64,000 bases of DNA, from assembly GCA_002811645.1 (NCBI GenBank), contig PDIP01000033.1, forward strand, positions 182,556-246,555, in the 5' to 3' direction. Of the stretch, positions 54,631 through 64,000 are shown one piece after another. Source of the DNA: Corallochytrium limacisporum Hawaii. Lineage: Eukaryota > Protista > Pluriformea. The stretch's first letter is position 1. Each line of letters begins with the position of its first letter. The position numbers were made by a program, and so were the translations under genes. The notes under the pieces were generated by a model that did not search any database, was not told the DNA's origin, and saw only the letters and a program-made list of their open reading frames with translations.

Positions 54631-57600
54631 ATGGGTGTACCAAGGCTCTTCCGTTGGCTCGTGGAGCGCTATCCCATGATCTTGCGGGATGCAAACCAGA
54701 TCCCAAGTCCAGCATTTGATTGCCTCTACCTGGACTTCAATGGTGTGGTCCATAATTGTGCATATGAGAGTGATGCAGAGGGGAACACAGTCGCTCGCAG
54801 TGAAGAGGAAGTTATGCAGGCCGTGTTTGCCTACATTGAACTGCTCTTCACAATCGCTCGGCCCACGCAGTTGCTCTACATTGCTGTCGATGGCGTCGCA
54901 CCGCGGGCGAAAATGAACCAACAGCGCCAGCGCCGTTTCCGTACCGCCCGCGTAGCGCAAGAATTTGAAGAGGAAATGAAGAAGGAAAAAGAGATGAAAG
55001 CGAAGAAACTTGCAGAGGCCAAGGCCAAAGGAGAAGCGGTCGACGAAACTAACGACGTAGATGAAGAGTTAGCTAACGACCCGGACAGTGGCCTCTATCC
55101 CTTCGATAGCAACTGCATCACACCGGGTACAGAATTCATGGAACGTCTGGAGGAGTACATTGAGTACTTTGTTCAGCGTAAGGTTGCAGAAGATGCGCGT
55201 TGGAAGGGTATCAAGGTCATTTTCTCGGGCCACCGCGTTCCCGGCGAGGGTGAGCACAAGATCATGGATTACATCCGCTTTCAGAAAAGCCAACCGGGCT
55301 ATAACCCTAATACTAGGCACTGTCTTTACGGGCTGGACGGTGATTTGATCATGCTCGCCTTGGCCACGCATGAACCGCACTTCTGCTTGCTGCGTGAAAA
55401 GGTCATTTTCCGGCCACGCAATATTCGGGGTGTCGATGATGAGGTGAAGACCGAGGTGACCTTCCAGCGAGCAGACAATGAGTTTCAGTACGTCTATATT
55501 GGACTGCTGAGGGAGTATCTGGCCATGGAATTCGATGCTTTTGGAAGCGACGGTATGCAGAACCTGGAGCGCATCATTGACGATTTTGTGTTCCTATTCT
55601 TCCTGGTCGGCAACGATTTCCTGCCGCCGTTACAGCTGTCTTTGGATGGCATGGATATGTCAGTGGCCATGGAGATCTACCGTGGTCTTCGCGCTAAAGG
55701 TATGGGCTTTGTGGTAGATGCCAGAGCCAACGTGGTGGACGAGAACGTTTTCCGTGCGTTTCTGGACGAGTTGGTCAAGAATGAAGCTGGCTTTGTCAAG
55801 GAAATTAAGCTCAAGTACGCTGCTATTGGCATCAAGACCGAACAGGAGAAGGCTGCGGAAGCGATTGAATCTGCGGAAGTGGACAAGGGGCAGACCAAGG
55901 CAGAACCCGCTGCAGATGGCGAGAAGACAGAGAGCGACGACAACAAGAGCAAGCCGTCCACAGATCCGCTTCAGGATATTGCCAATGAGATTAAGGGGGC
56001 CTTGAAGATATCTAAGAACAAGGACAGTGACAAGGCGGCTGAGGACGAGAACCCCATGGCTTACAAGGACGACTACCACGAGCTCAAGCTTCAGGGCATG
56101 CCTCGTGGCAGCAAGCAGCACGTGCGTATGATCAGTGAGTATCTGCAGGGTCTGCGCTGGATGCTGCACTACTATTACCAGGGCGTGGTGTCTTGGGGCT
56201 GGTATTACCCTTTCTTTGCCGCACCGCTGGCGTCCGATCTCATCGATTCGCTGACTGTTGTGAACAAGACAACTTTCGAGCCCGGGGTGCCTCTACTGCC
56301 GTTCCAACAGCTGCTTGGTGTCCTGCCCATGCGGAGTGAGAAATTGTTGCCCAAGCAGCTGAGTGCCCTCATGCACGGTGAGCTTGCCCAATTCTACCCT
56401 GTCGAGTATCCGATTCAAGTCGACGAAAGTGGCAAGGACTGGAAGGCGGTCGCTGTTATTCCCTTCATTGACGCCAACCGCCTTGTCGCTGCCTACGAGA
56501 AGGCCATCGAAGCCCAGGCTCTGAGCGAGAGTGAGGTCCACCGCAACACTCTAACCGGTGCTAAGCTCGTGTCTCACAATGCGGGTCAGCCCAAGGATAT
56601 CAACAGTCCTTCGCCTAAGGTCTTTCCGTCCAAAACCGGCGTATCAGTCAGTGTCAAATCATACGTCTTGCCCGCCAACCTGCGCAGATTTGACCCTACG
56701 GTGCCGTCCGGCTGCCACACGGGCCTCTTCCTGCCGCCTGCAGGCTTCCCGACGCTGCGCCAGCTCAGCTTCAAGTCCGAAGTGCGTAATGTCGGCGTCA
56801 AGGTCTTCCCACATGCATCCAAAAACCCTAGTCGTGTGATAATTCTTGAGGACGGGGACCAGCAAGCTCTCGCTGCCGCCCTCGAGCTCACCAAGGGCAA
56901 TGAGGCGGCTGCCAGGGGTCACTTCGGGCAGATTGTCCGGGACCGTGTCCGAGCCTTGGCCGACGGCCTGCTTGGTCGAACCTGCTACGCCCAGTACCCA
57001 TACCACGTCGAGGCACTTGTGGATTGCATATACTACGACGGGGGCATGCTTAAGTTGTCCAAGGCCGGAAAGGTTTTGGACCAGCCTCCGGACCGCAAGT
57101 GGAACGACCTCAGTCGCGACATTACACGCGATTTTCTGCAAAAGTATGGCATTGATCTTTCCAGTGTCCGAGCGGTGCTGGGCGTGCGCCTTCTCAAGGG
57201 CTGCGGCCGCACTGTCCAAGGTGGCCAGAGCCGCGTCTTTGATGAATTCCTGCACCTCTACCCTGTACAGGCGGTGCCCGCGCTGCAGGTGCCTGAGGAT
57301 CCGCGTTATATTGAACGGCCAGCGCCAGACGTTAAGCAGGCGCTGAGCCCCGGCTCGTTGGCCGTTTCACTGGATACTCGTATCTACGGTAGTCTGGCTC
57401 ACGTCCGTGAGCAAAGCGCGGACGCTACAACACTTGATGTGGACATCCGGTTCAGCCGTAGCCGCCAGGAGCGGGAAAGCGTAAGTGACTTTGCTAAGGA
57501 CACAGTCTACCTGCCCTCAGGGGAAATCGCAAGCCGCTGTGGGATCAGCCCTCTCTTTCTGGCCCGTATCACCAGCGCATTCCCTGTCAAGGTCGACGAT

Positions 57601-58500
57601 GATCACGAGGCAGACGTGGGATTAAATCTGAAGTACGCACGGCGCGAACTGGAGATCCCAGGCTACGCTCGCCGTGTGAAGAGCAAGGAACGTCAGGGCA
57701 AATTGGTCTGGGAATTCAGCGAGCGCACTATGGAGCTTGTGCGTCGGTATAAACAGACTTTCCCTGACCTGTTTCGCGGTCTGAAGGACAAGATGCAGTC
57801 GGACGAGCTCACGTTGAACGATCTTTTTGTGGACGAGGACGAGCACCCGATCGAGAACCCGCTCGAACGTCTGCATGAGGTCCAGCTTTTCCTGCGCGGT
57901 CTGGAGACTGTGTCACTGCCATTGCTTCCGTGTGGTAGTTCGGCTATGGACTCTGCGACACTGAACAGCCTTGTCTCTACCACCGCCGGAGAGGACATCG
58001 GTGACGGCCATGAGGACGAAGTAGTGATCGAAGTTAGCGGCGTGAAACCAGAGGAACTCTTCGTCCCCTTGGACAGCCCACTAATAACGTTTGACAGTCG
58101 GCAGCGATTTACCGTGGGGGATCGCGTAGTATGCTGTGGGCTGGGTAGTGATCTGCCCCTGGGCATCCAAGGCTATGCCATCGCCATCCACAAGGGCATG
58201 GTAGAGGTGCTGTGGGATCACACCTTCCTGACCGGTCACACGCTTCAAGGGAGAGTGCCCGCGGGCCGTGGCTCGACAGTAGATGAAGGCCTCCTGCTGA
58301 ACGTCAGTCGCAAAGAGTTCGCTGTCGACAGTCGGGCGCACATTGACCGTACCAAAGGCGCAGAACACGGCATCTTCGGGGCCGCCGACGCGGCTGGAGG
58401 TGCCAGTGGCAAGAAGAAGAAAAAGAATCGCAAAAAGGACTCCGCTCCCAAGGGTAAGAAACCTGTCGGAAACCTGTTCGATCTACTGGGGGATGAGTGA
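54631..58500 (+). CDS. XRN1: 5'-3' exoribonuclease 1
   Basis: MGVPRLFRW, FD.LYLDFNG..H, DGVAPRAKMNQQR.RRF, FDSNCITPGTEFM, PGEGEHKI, GNDFLP. Has XRN1-type C-terminal domains (VGLNLK, F.VGDRV). Confidence 0.96.
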   Translation: MGVPRLFRWLVERYPMILRDANQIPSPAFDCLYLDFNGVVHNCAYESDAEGNTVARSEEEVMQAVFAYIELLFTIARPTQLLYIAVDGVAPRAKMNQQRQRRFRTARVAQEFEEEMKKEKEMKAKKLAEAKAKGEAVDETNDVDEELANDPDSGLYPFDSNCITPGTEFMERLEEYIEYFVQRKVAEDARWKGIKVIFSGHRVPGEGEHKIMDYIRFQKSQPGYNPNTRHCLYGLDGDLIMLALATHEPHFCLLREKVIFRPRNIRGVDDEVKTEVTFQRADNEFQYVYIGLLREYLAMEFDAFGSDGMQNLERIIDDFVFLFFLVGNDFLPPLQLSLDGMDMSVAMEIYRGLRAKGMGFVVDARANVVDENVFRAFLDELVKNEAGFVKEIKLKYAAIGIKTEQEKAAEAIESAEVDKGQTKAEPAADGEKTESDDNKSKPSTDPLQDIANEIKGALKISKNKDSDKAAEDENPMAYKDDYHELKLQGMPRGSKQHVRMISEYLQGLRWMLHYYYQGVVSWGWYYPFFAAPLASDLIDSLTVVNKTTFEPGVPLLPFQQLLGVLPMRSEKLLPKQLSALMHGELAQFYPVEYPIQVDESGKDWKAVAVIPFIDANRLVAAYEKAIEAQALSESEVHRNTLTGAKLVSHNAGQPKDINSPSPKVFPSKTGVSVSVKSYVLPANLRRFDPTVPSGCHTGLFLPPAGFPTLRQLSFKSEVRNVGVKVFPHASKNPSRVIILEDGDQQALAAALELTKGNEAAARGHFGQIVRDRVRALADGLLGRTCYAQYPYHVEALVDCIYYDGGMLKLSKAGKVLDQPPDRKWNDLSRDITRDFLQKYGIDLSSVRAVLGVRLLKGCGRTVQGGQSRVFDEFLHLYPVQAVPALQVPEDPRYIERPAPDVKQALSPGSLAVSLDTRIYGSLAHVREQSADATTLDVDIRFSRSRQERESVSDFAKDTVYLPSGEIASRCGISPLFLARITSAFPVKVDDDHEADVGLNLKYARRELEIPGYARRVKSKERQGKLVWEFSERTMELVRRYKQTFPDLFRGLKDKMQSDELTLNDLFVDEDEHPIENPLERLHEVQLFLRGLETVSLPLLPCGSSAMDSATLNSLVSTTAGEDIGDGHEDEVVIEVSGVKPEELFVPLDSPLITFDSRQRFTVGDRVVCCGLGSDLPLGIQGYAIAIHKGMVEVLWDHTFLTGHTLQGRVPAGRGSTVDEGLLLNVSRKEFAVDSRAHIDRTKGAEHGIFGAADAAGGASGKKKKKNRKKDSAPKGKKPVGNLFDLLGDE

Positions 58501-58710
58501 GGAGAGAAACACGAGAAACCAAACTTGTGAACCATGCCAAAAGTATTATTAAACGCTTGAATGGTCTGCTCTTTATGAATTATACTATCGTGAAATTGAT
58601 GGCTGAAAAAAGGACTCAGTGTGTGTGAGTGTGAAGAAAACAGAACTCAATCCAAGAATTGTGGGAAGGTGGTAGAGTTTCTGATGGGAGTGGCACTTGA
58701 CACAGCACCC

Positions 58711-60492
58711 CTACGTGTCCATCGGCTCCTCCTGGCTAGTCGACGACACGTCTTCCGCCGCATTGTTACTCAGACCGTGGCAAAGTGCCAGGCTCCGGGC
58801 CCCTTCGACACCGGTAATGTAGGCACCGTGCACGGTGCCAACGTGCGCCTTGGAGCACCACTCTCCGACGAATTTAACGCGGTCCAAGCCAGCTGAATCG
58901 CGAAGTGGTCTGTTGATGATGTCGTAGTGGTCGAAGCTAGACCCGGGGCTGAGAGAAGAGTACGACCCGCGGAATAGAGGATCAGAAGCCCATCGTGTGA
59001 TGTAGTAGCTTACCATATGCACGCTATTCGCTTCCTCGGCGGAAAGACAGAAAGCCTTCTTGATATCCGCATCAAACCGCTCCAGAATCTCTTCGTCGCC
59101 CATCTGCTCCATGGCAAGTGCCTCATCACCGCCTACAAAGCCGCACAGTATTGAGTGCCCCGTCATAGGAAACATGTTTACTATCCATGGGCTAATGCCG
59201 CCCATGACGCCAAAGGCGAGGCCTTCGCCCTTCTCCGGGACACTACTACAGCTTGCCTCGGAGATGGTGGCAGTGCCGGGGGTCTTAGGGCTGGGGCATG
59301 GAGGAGCTCCATCGTTGGGCGCGGGAGAGCCGCAGAAATCAGCGGCGACGGGCCATGACGGAGTCGACGGTGACTGTGGCACCGGATGCCGCCGTGATTG
59401 ACGTATTGACATTTCATCAATTCGTGGCTGCCAGAACGGCCGATCGTAACGAACAATTATTTTGTCCAATGTGCCGAAGACCGAGTGTCCGAGACACGAA
59501 GTGAACTTGGGCGGCAGGGCCGGATCGAAAGTGACGCCGTTGTCGCTCCATGGCTGGCTCAGAGCCGTGACAGGCAGAGCGACTACCACAAAATCCGCAG
59601 AGTACGTGCGTCCTGTCGTGTCGGTGACGGTTGCACCGGATGACCCATAGCTCACGGACCTTACCGTCACCCCAAACAGAATCTCAGAGGGCGCTAGGTC
59701 GGCGGCAATCACGTCCAATATTTTCGAATACCCCCCGTGGACAAATTGATGGCCTCCTGGGAACGGTGTTTCGTCCCCAGCAACAAAATTCAGCTCCAAG
59801 CGATCCAGTTCTTCGGCCTCGTAGAGAACTCTGGTTCTGCAAAACCACTTGATCAGTTCTTTGAAAGCCGGATCTGCGCTCATCATCTTCGGAGGCTGGC
59901 TAGATGGGAGTTCCGGTGACGTGGGCTCTGCTGTAATAGTTGCGGTGGATGCTTCTAGCAGTTCATGTTCTTCTTCACGGGCGACAATCTCTTCAATTTT
60001 TTGCCGCAGTATCCGACCGTAGCTCATATCGCAGCGTTTTTGCTGTTTGCAGGCTATACCGGTCTCCCAGACCGCCTCCTCGGCCTCTTCAAAGATCTGC
60101 TCCGCTCGGGCATACAGTTCATTATTGATCGGTCCGCATGGTGTGTTATCTGCCTTGGCCACAAATAGTGTAACCTCTTCTGGCATTTTGGAAAAGGCTG
60201 CTTTTGCCTTGAGCGTGAGATCGGTGGCTGGATTGCCGTGGAGGCCATGGATATAGTTCGCCCCCAATTCCACGTTGATGGGTTCTCGGTTCAATTGATG
60301 TTCCAAGTCCAATGCATTGAGATGCGCGCTCACCATCCGGCCACCGATTCGATCCGACGCTTCGAGGACCGTTACTCTGGCTCCAGATTTCTTTAATTCC
60401 GCCGCGGCCGCCAGACCGGAGACACCTGCTCCAAGCACCAGCGCATGCTTGGGTATCAAAGGAGAGGCTGTACACTTGAAATTCCGTGTCAT
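58711..60492 (-). CDS. Flavin-containing amine oxidase (polyamine/spermine oxidase-like)
   Basis: GAGVSGLAAA, LEASDRIGGR, ELGANYIHG, DKI...DRPFW, TRWASDPLFRGSYS, F.GE....GTVHGAY.TG. Confidence 0.92.
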   Translation of the reverse strand: MTRNFKCTASPLIPKHALVLGAGVSGLAAAAELKKSGARVTVLEASDRIGGRMVSAHLNALDLEHQLNREPINVELGANYIHGLHGNPATDLTLKAKAAFSKMPEEVTLFVAKADNTPCGPINNELYARAEQIFEEAEEAVWETGIACKQQKRCDMSYGRILRQKIEEIVAREEEHELLEASTATITAEPTSPELPSSQPPKMMSADPAFKELIKWFCRTRVLYEAEELDRLELNFVAGDETPFPGGHQFVHGGYSKILDVIAADLAPSEILFGVTVRSVSYGSSGATVTDTTGRTYSADFVVVALPVTALSQPWSDNGVTFDPALPPKFTSCLGHSVFGTLDKIIVRYDRPFWQPRIDEMSIRQSRRHPVPQSPSTPSWPVAADFCGSPAPNDGAPPCPSPKTPGTATISEASCSSVPEKGEGLAFGVMGGISPWIVNMFPMTGHSILCGFVGGDEALAMEQMGDEEILERFDADIKKAFCLSAEEANSVHMVSYYITRWASDPLFRGSYSSLSPGSSFDHYDIINRPLRDSAGLDRVKFVGEWCSKAHVGTVHGAYITGVEGARSLALCHGLSNNAAEDVSSTSQEEPMDT

Positions 60493-63400
60493 GATGGGAC
60501 AATTGGCCGGAGCACTATGCTTTCGTCGCTATCCCTCTCCTGCTACTGTTGCTATTGATCTCTTTTGGGGCCTTGTACCAGAGCCTTTCTCATACCCGTT
60601 TTGTCAATTTGTTTGGTCTGTTGCGATCTTGATAATGGCCAGCTTATGACTGGTGCATGTTCCAAACATCAACGCTATGATATAGCCATACCCTGCATTC
60701 GTTCAGCTACCTGAGGCGAGGAATGCGCTTCTCGACCGAGAGGAAGACATTCGAAAGCATGAGAATGGGACGAATAAAGGACACGTAACCCCCAAACGTG
60801 AGATCCTCAGTCCCTGACTGGGACTCGGGTGTTTGGACGGTGGCTTCGTACACGAACCACCAGCCGATCTACACACGGAACCCAATCAAGATACCAATCC
60901 CCCTCTCTGCCTCGCTCGCCCGCTGTTTTTCTCAGTTGGGTCTATCTCCCCGTGCTTGTGTGTGGCCCCAATCCAGTCTTCGCCACCTTCGCCTCTCTCC
61001 CGATTTCTCCTTTTTCTTTCCCCCCCCCCCACTCACCCCACTCCCCTCCCCCGCTCGTCTCATTCCGGTCCCCGGCTTTCCCGCCTTGGCCGTTCCCTCC
61101 ACACGGCCGCCCGGTAATCAAAACCGTCACAGCTGCCCCGCGGCCGGAGGAGGGGGGAGGGGGAGGTCTCGCCCACCTCTCTCTCTCTCTTGCGTGTGAG
61201 ATGTGCAACCCCGCCTTCACAACCTTTGCCTAGTCGCCATTTTCTACTAATTGATTATGAACATTAGGAAAATAGGCGGGGACGTGCAGCGGCAAGGTAG
61301 GCTGGAAAAAACCGGGGGAGCGAGTGCGACCGAAAAAGGGGGGAGGGGGGTGGTGCATCGTTCCTCATTCCTATGCCGCAACCACCCGGGCTGCTCGACT
61401 CCCTGCCGCAGTGTGCTGCAGGAAAAGAGAGGAAGGGGGGGGGGAGCCTGAGTCTTTGTGCTCAAGGCTCCCGTCCTCCACCAGCACTTGAGTCTCCGCG
61501 AAACGGAAGCTCTTTGGGGGACGGGCTGGTCATCCAGCCACCCGCCATTTCTATAGGTCGAAGGGGGTGTGTGTTGTTAATTCCATTCATCCATGAGTGG
61601 CTCTGGCATCAGACCAGCGCCACACACATACGAAATCTGTGACGAACGGCTGTTGTCTATGGATCCGATCCAGGTCAACAGACCAAACGCGTGCAAAACA
61701 TCGCGCTGATAGCAGGACGGTTGCTGCTCCCCCGTTTCAGTTGCTCGGTCTAAAGCGCTTGGCATACACATGCTCCCAGCCAACCACTTCCGCCGCTAAC
61801 GACGTTGTGGCGGATACTGGTCGGACGATACCTAGCACCATCGAGGCCGCCGAGATGGCAAAAACGGCTGTGGTATCGTCAGTGGGGAGTGTTCGTCCCT
61901 TCAGCAACAGGCTCCCCCCCCCGCACTGTCGCCGTCGTCACTGCCCCGCTGCAACAGCTAGTGTCGTCCGGCTGTGGCTTGTTGTGGTGTTCTTGCCTGT
62001 TGTTTTTTGCACGCGGCACCGTGGCAGCGGAGAAATATCGTTGGGGCTCTGTTTTTTTGCCAACCAGCGCCAGCACGACCATATTGTGCTACGGTGCTTC
62101 CGTGCAAGTACAAAGGCTACGGAATGGCAGCGAATTAAAAAACCACGGGGGGACCAGTTGGTGTTAATCACCAATCTTTGGTATCGGATCGCATCAACCA
62201 CCGCCAACTATGATCAGCTATCAGACAAGAGTTTGTTACTACGACTGTGGAGTGTTAAATGTTCTTGTTGTAAACGTAGGACAGGAGGAGGAATGCAAGA
62301 AAGAAAAATCATGCCTCGTACCAGTGGTTGGCGGGCAGATGATGAATGATGCGTTTCCTTGTGTCTTCGTACTGTGCTCTTTTCCGGGCCAGGTAGGCCT
62401 ACTATTTGATCGGGCGAGAAGTAAATGGTGCAGAGATCTTGATGCCGCAGTGGTAAATGACAACCCTGGATCAAGAACCCTACGGTGGCAAAAACTTCTA
62501 GAGCAAGAACTATATGTTCTTAAAGGCGGAGACTTTGCGCACATGCTACCACATGACGAACGGTGACGATGAGTGCGTCAATTAGCACATTATGAATTCA
62601 ATACATACAGACGGACGGACACGTTTCTCCGCTTGTTGTATGTAATTATGCGCACATAGACTTGGCGGAAAGGTTAAAAACGCTGGCCGCACCAACTCGC
62701 CACTCTTGTCGATCCCCTAGGTGTGGCACAGGTTCGCACCGTCGTGTATAATTCTGGTAGCTATGCAGCTTACAATGAAGCATCACACAGCGGAACGCAG
62801 TAAGAGCATCATATGGTTGCATGCTTAGATGTGCTCCAGTAATACACAGATTGGTGGACAAGTATCATGTTATATCAACCTCCCCGAAGGCAACCGCCAA
62901 GGTCTGGTGCCATCCACCCAAAAGTGTGGAATTCGATCTCTACCGAGACCAAAGTGTGAATTGACTTTCTCTACTGCCGTGAAAAACTCTGCCGGTATTC
63001 GACAGGGTGTCTTCAATGGGCCGGGTACATAATCGATTCCTCACCAGGAATGGAATCCAAACACTCAGACCAAACCGAAATCACTCAACGAGAAAGCAAG
63101 AGAAACGGCAACAACTTTAAAACTCCTTTGTATTTACACTTTTACCAAGGCCCTTGCCGCGGCGGCAAAGCTGTTGCCGGTGGCCGATCGGGAAGGAGGA
63201 ATGTTCTCCAAGCACTTAATGAGCACATTCACTGCGACATCCTAAAGATAATACAACCCAGTTCGGCTCCGCACTCCTGTCTTTATCACCACCGCTGCAC
63301 ACAAGCCAGGCAAACACACACACACACAGAGTCGCACGCAGACAGACAAGTTCCCAAATTGGTTTCCCTTCCGGAAAATGTCCCCGGGTGGGGAGGAGAA

Positions 63401-64000
63401 GCCCCCGGGGCGGGGGGGGGGCAAGGAGGGGAACTAACTCTCTTGCTGGTGGACGGGCGTGTGCCCGTTGGATGGTAGGTTTTTGGTTCCAAGCATAGTA
63501 GTGCAACTCACCAAATATTCCTGCGAAATCAAACAGAGAGTAGAAGATATACTTTCGCTTCGCTGGCCCGTCCCTTCCTGCGCCTTGTTGTACCGAAGAA
63601 CTGGGACAGAAAATGGAGCAACCGCTGGCATTCATAGCCTACGGCTGGAAAACAATCGATATGATGTGCTTTATTAAGATTCCTGGTAAGGTTTCTATAG
63701 CGAATGTATTGAAGTCTGATGTTGTTTAAGGGACAATTGTTTCTTTTTTGGGTACCGTCAGTGTGTGCGTGATGGTTTCAAAGGTTTATCTCAACGCGTG
63801 GTCACACCCCGCTCCCCTCCTTGTTTTGCCGCAGTGGACCCGTTCCTCTTTTCCGGCCGAAACACCTAAGAAGTATGACTCGACCCAAGTGGAAGTAAGG
63901 CCTACCCCGACTGGTGCCGCTGCCTGCGGAGTAGCTCACATTCGCCCGGAGTGCCTGCCCTTGGTGAGGTTCCGGCTCCACTTTTTTTTTTTTTTTTCTG

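Overview
Eukaryotic, gene-dense, almost intronless DNA with three N gaps. The gene set (FAAP24, MKRN2OS-like, C19orf25/UPF0449-like, NDRG, tail-anchored FKBP8-like, RSPRY1-like, MNS1) points to a unicellular holozoan-type opisthokont. A Corallochytrium-like intron-poor lineage would fit, but that is inference only. I call about 27 protein genes and one tRNA-Trp(CCA). No CRISPR arrays, rRNA or recognisable mobile elements were seen. Points the ORF track misses: (1) three short spliceosomal introns with CTRAC branch points, one of them GC-AG, which complete the FAAP24 gene and build a 3-exon orphan gene; (2) a recurrent CnGn palindrome confined to intergenic/promoter DNA, plus a repeated TGAGACCCGCC motif and animal-type CDE/CHR, E2F and X-box-like sites upstream of the expected gene classes; (3) an apparently mitochondrial DEDDy exonuclease with a dsRBD-like domain; (4) a bacterial-type class II aldolase with a signal peptide, and a GpsA/plastid-type glycerol-3-phosphate dehydrogenase; (5) a 9 kb ORF desert holding a candidate 70-aa microprotein and a dense TCGGG cluster. 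All family assignments come from recognising motifs by eye; no searches were run.
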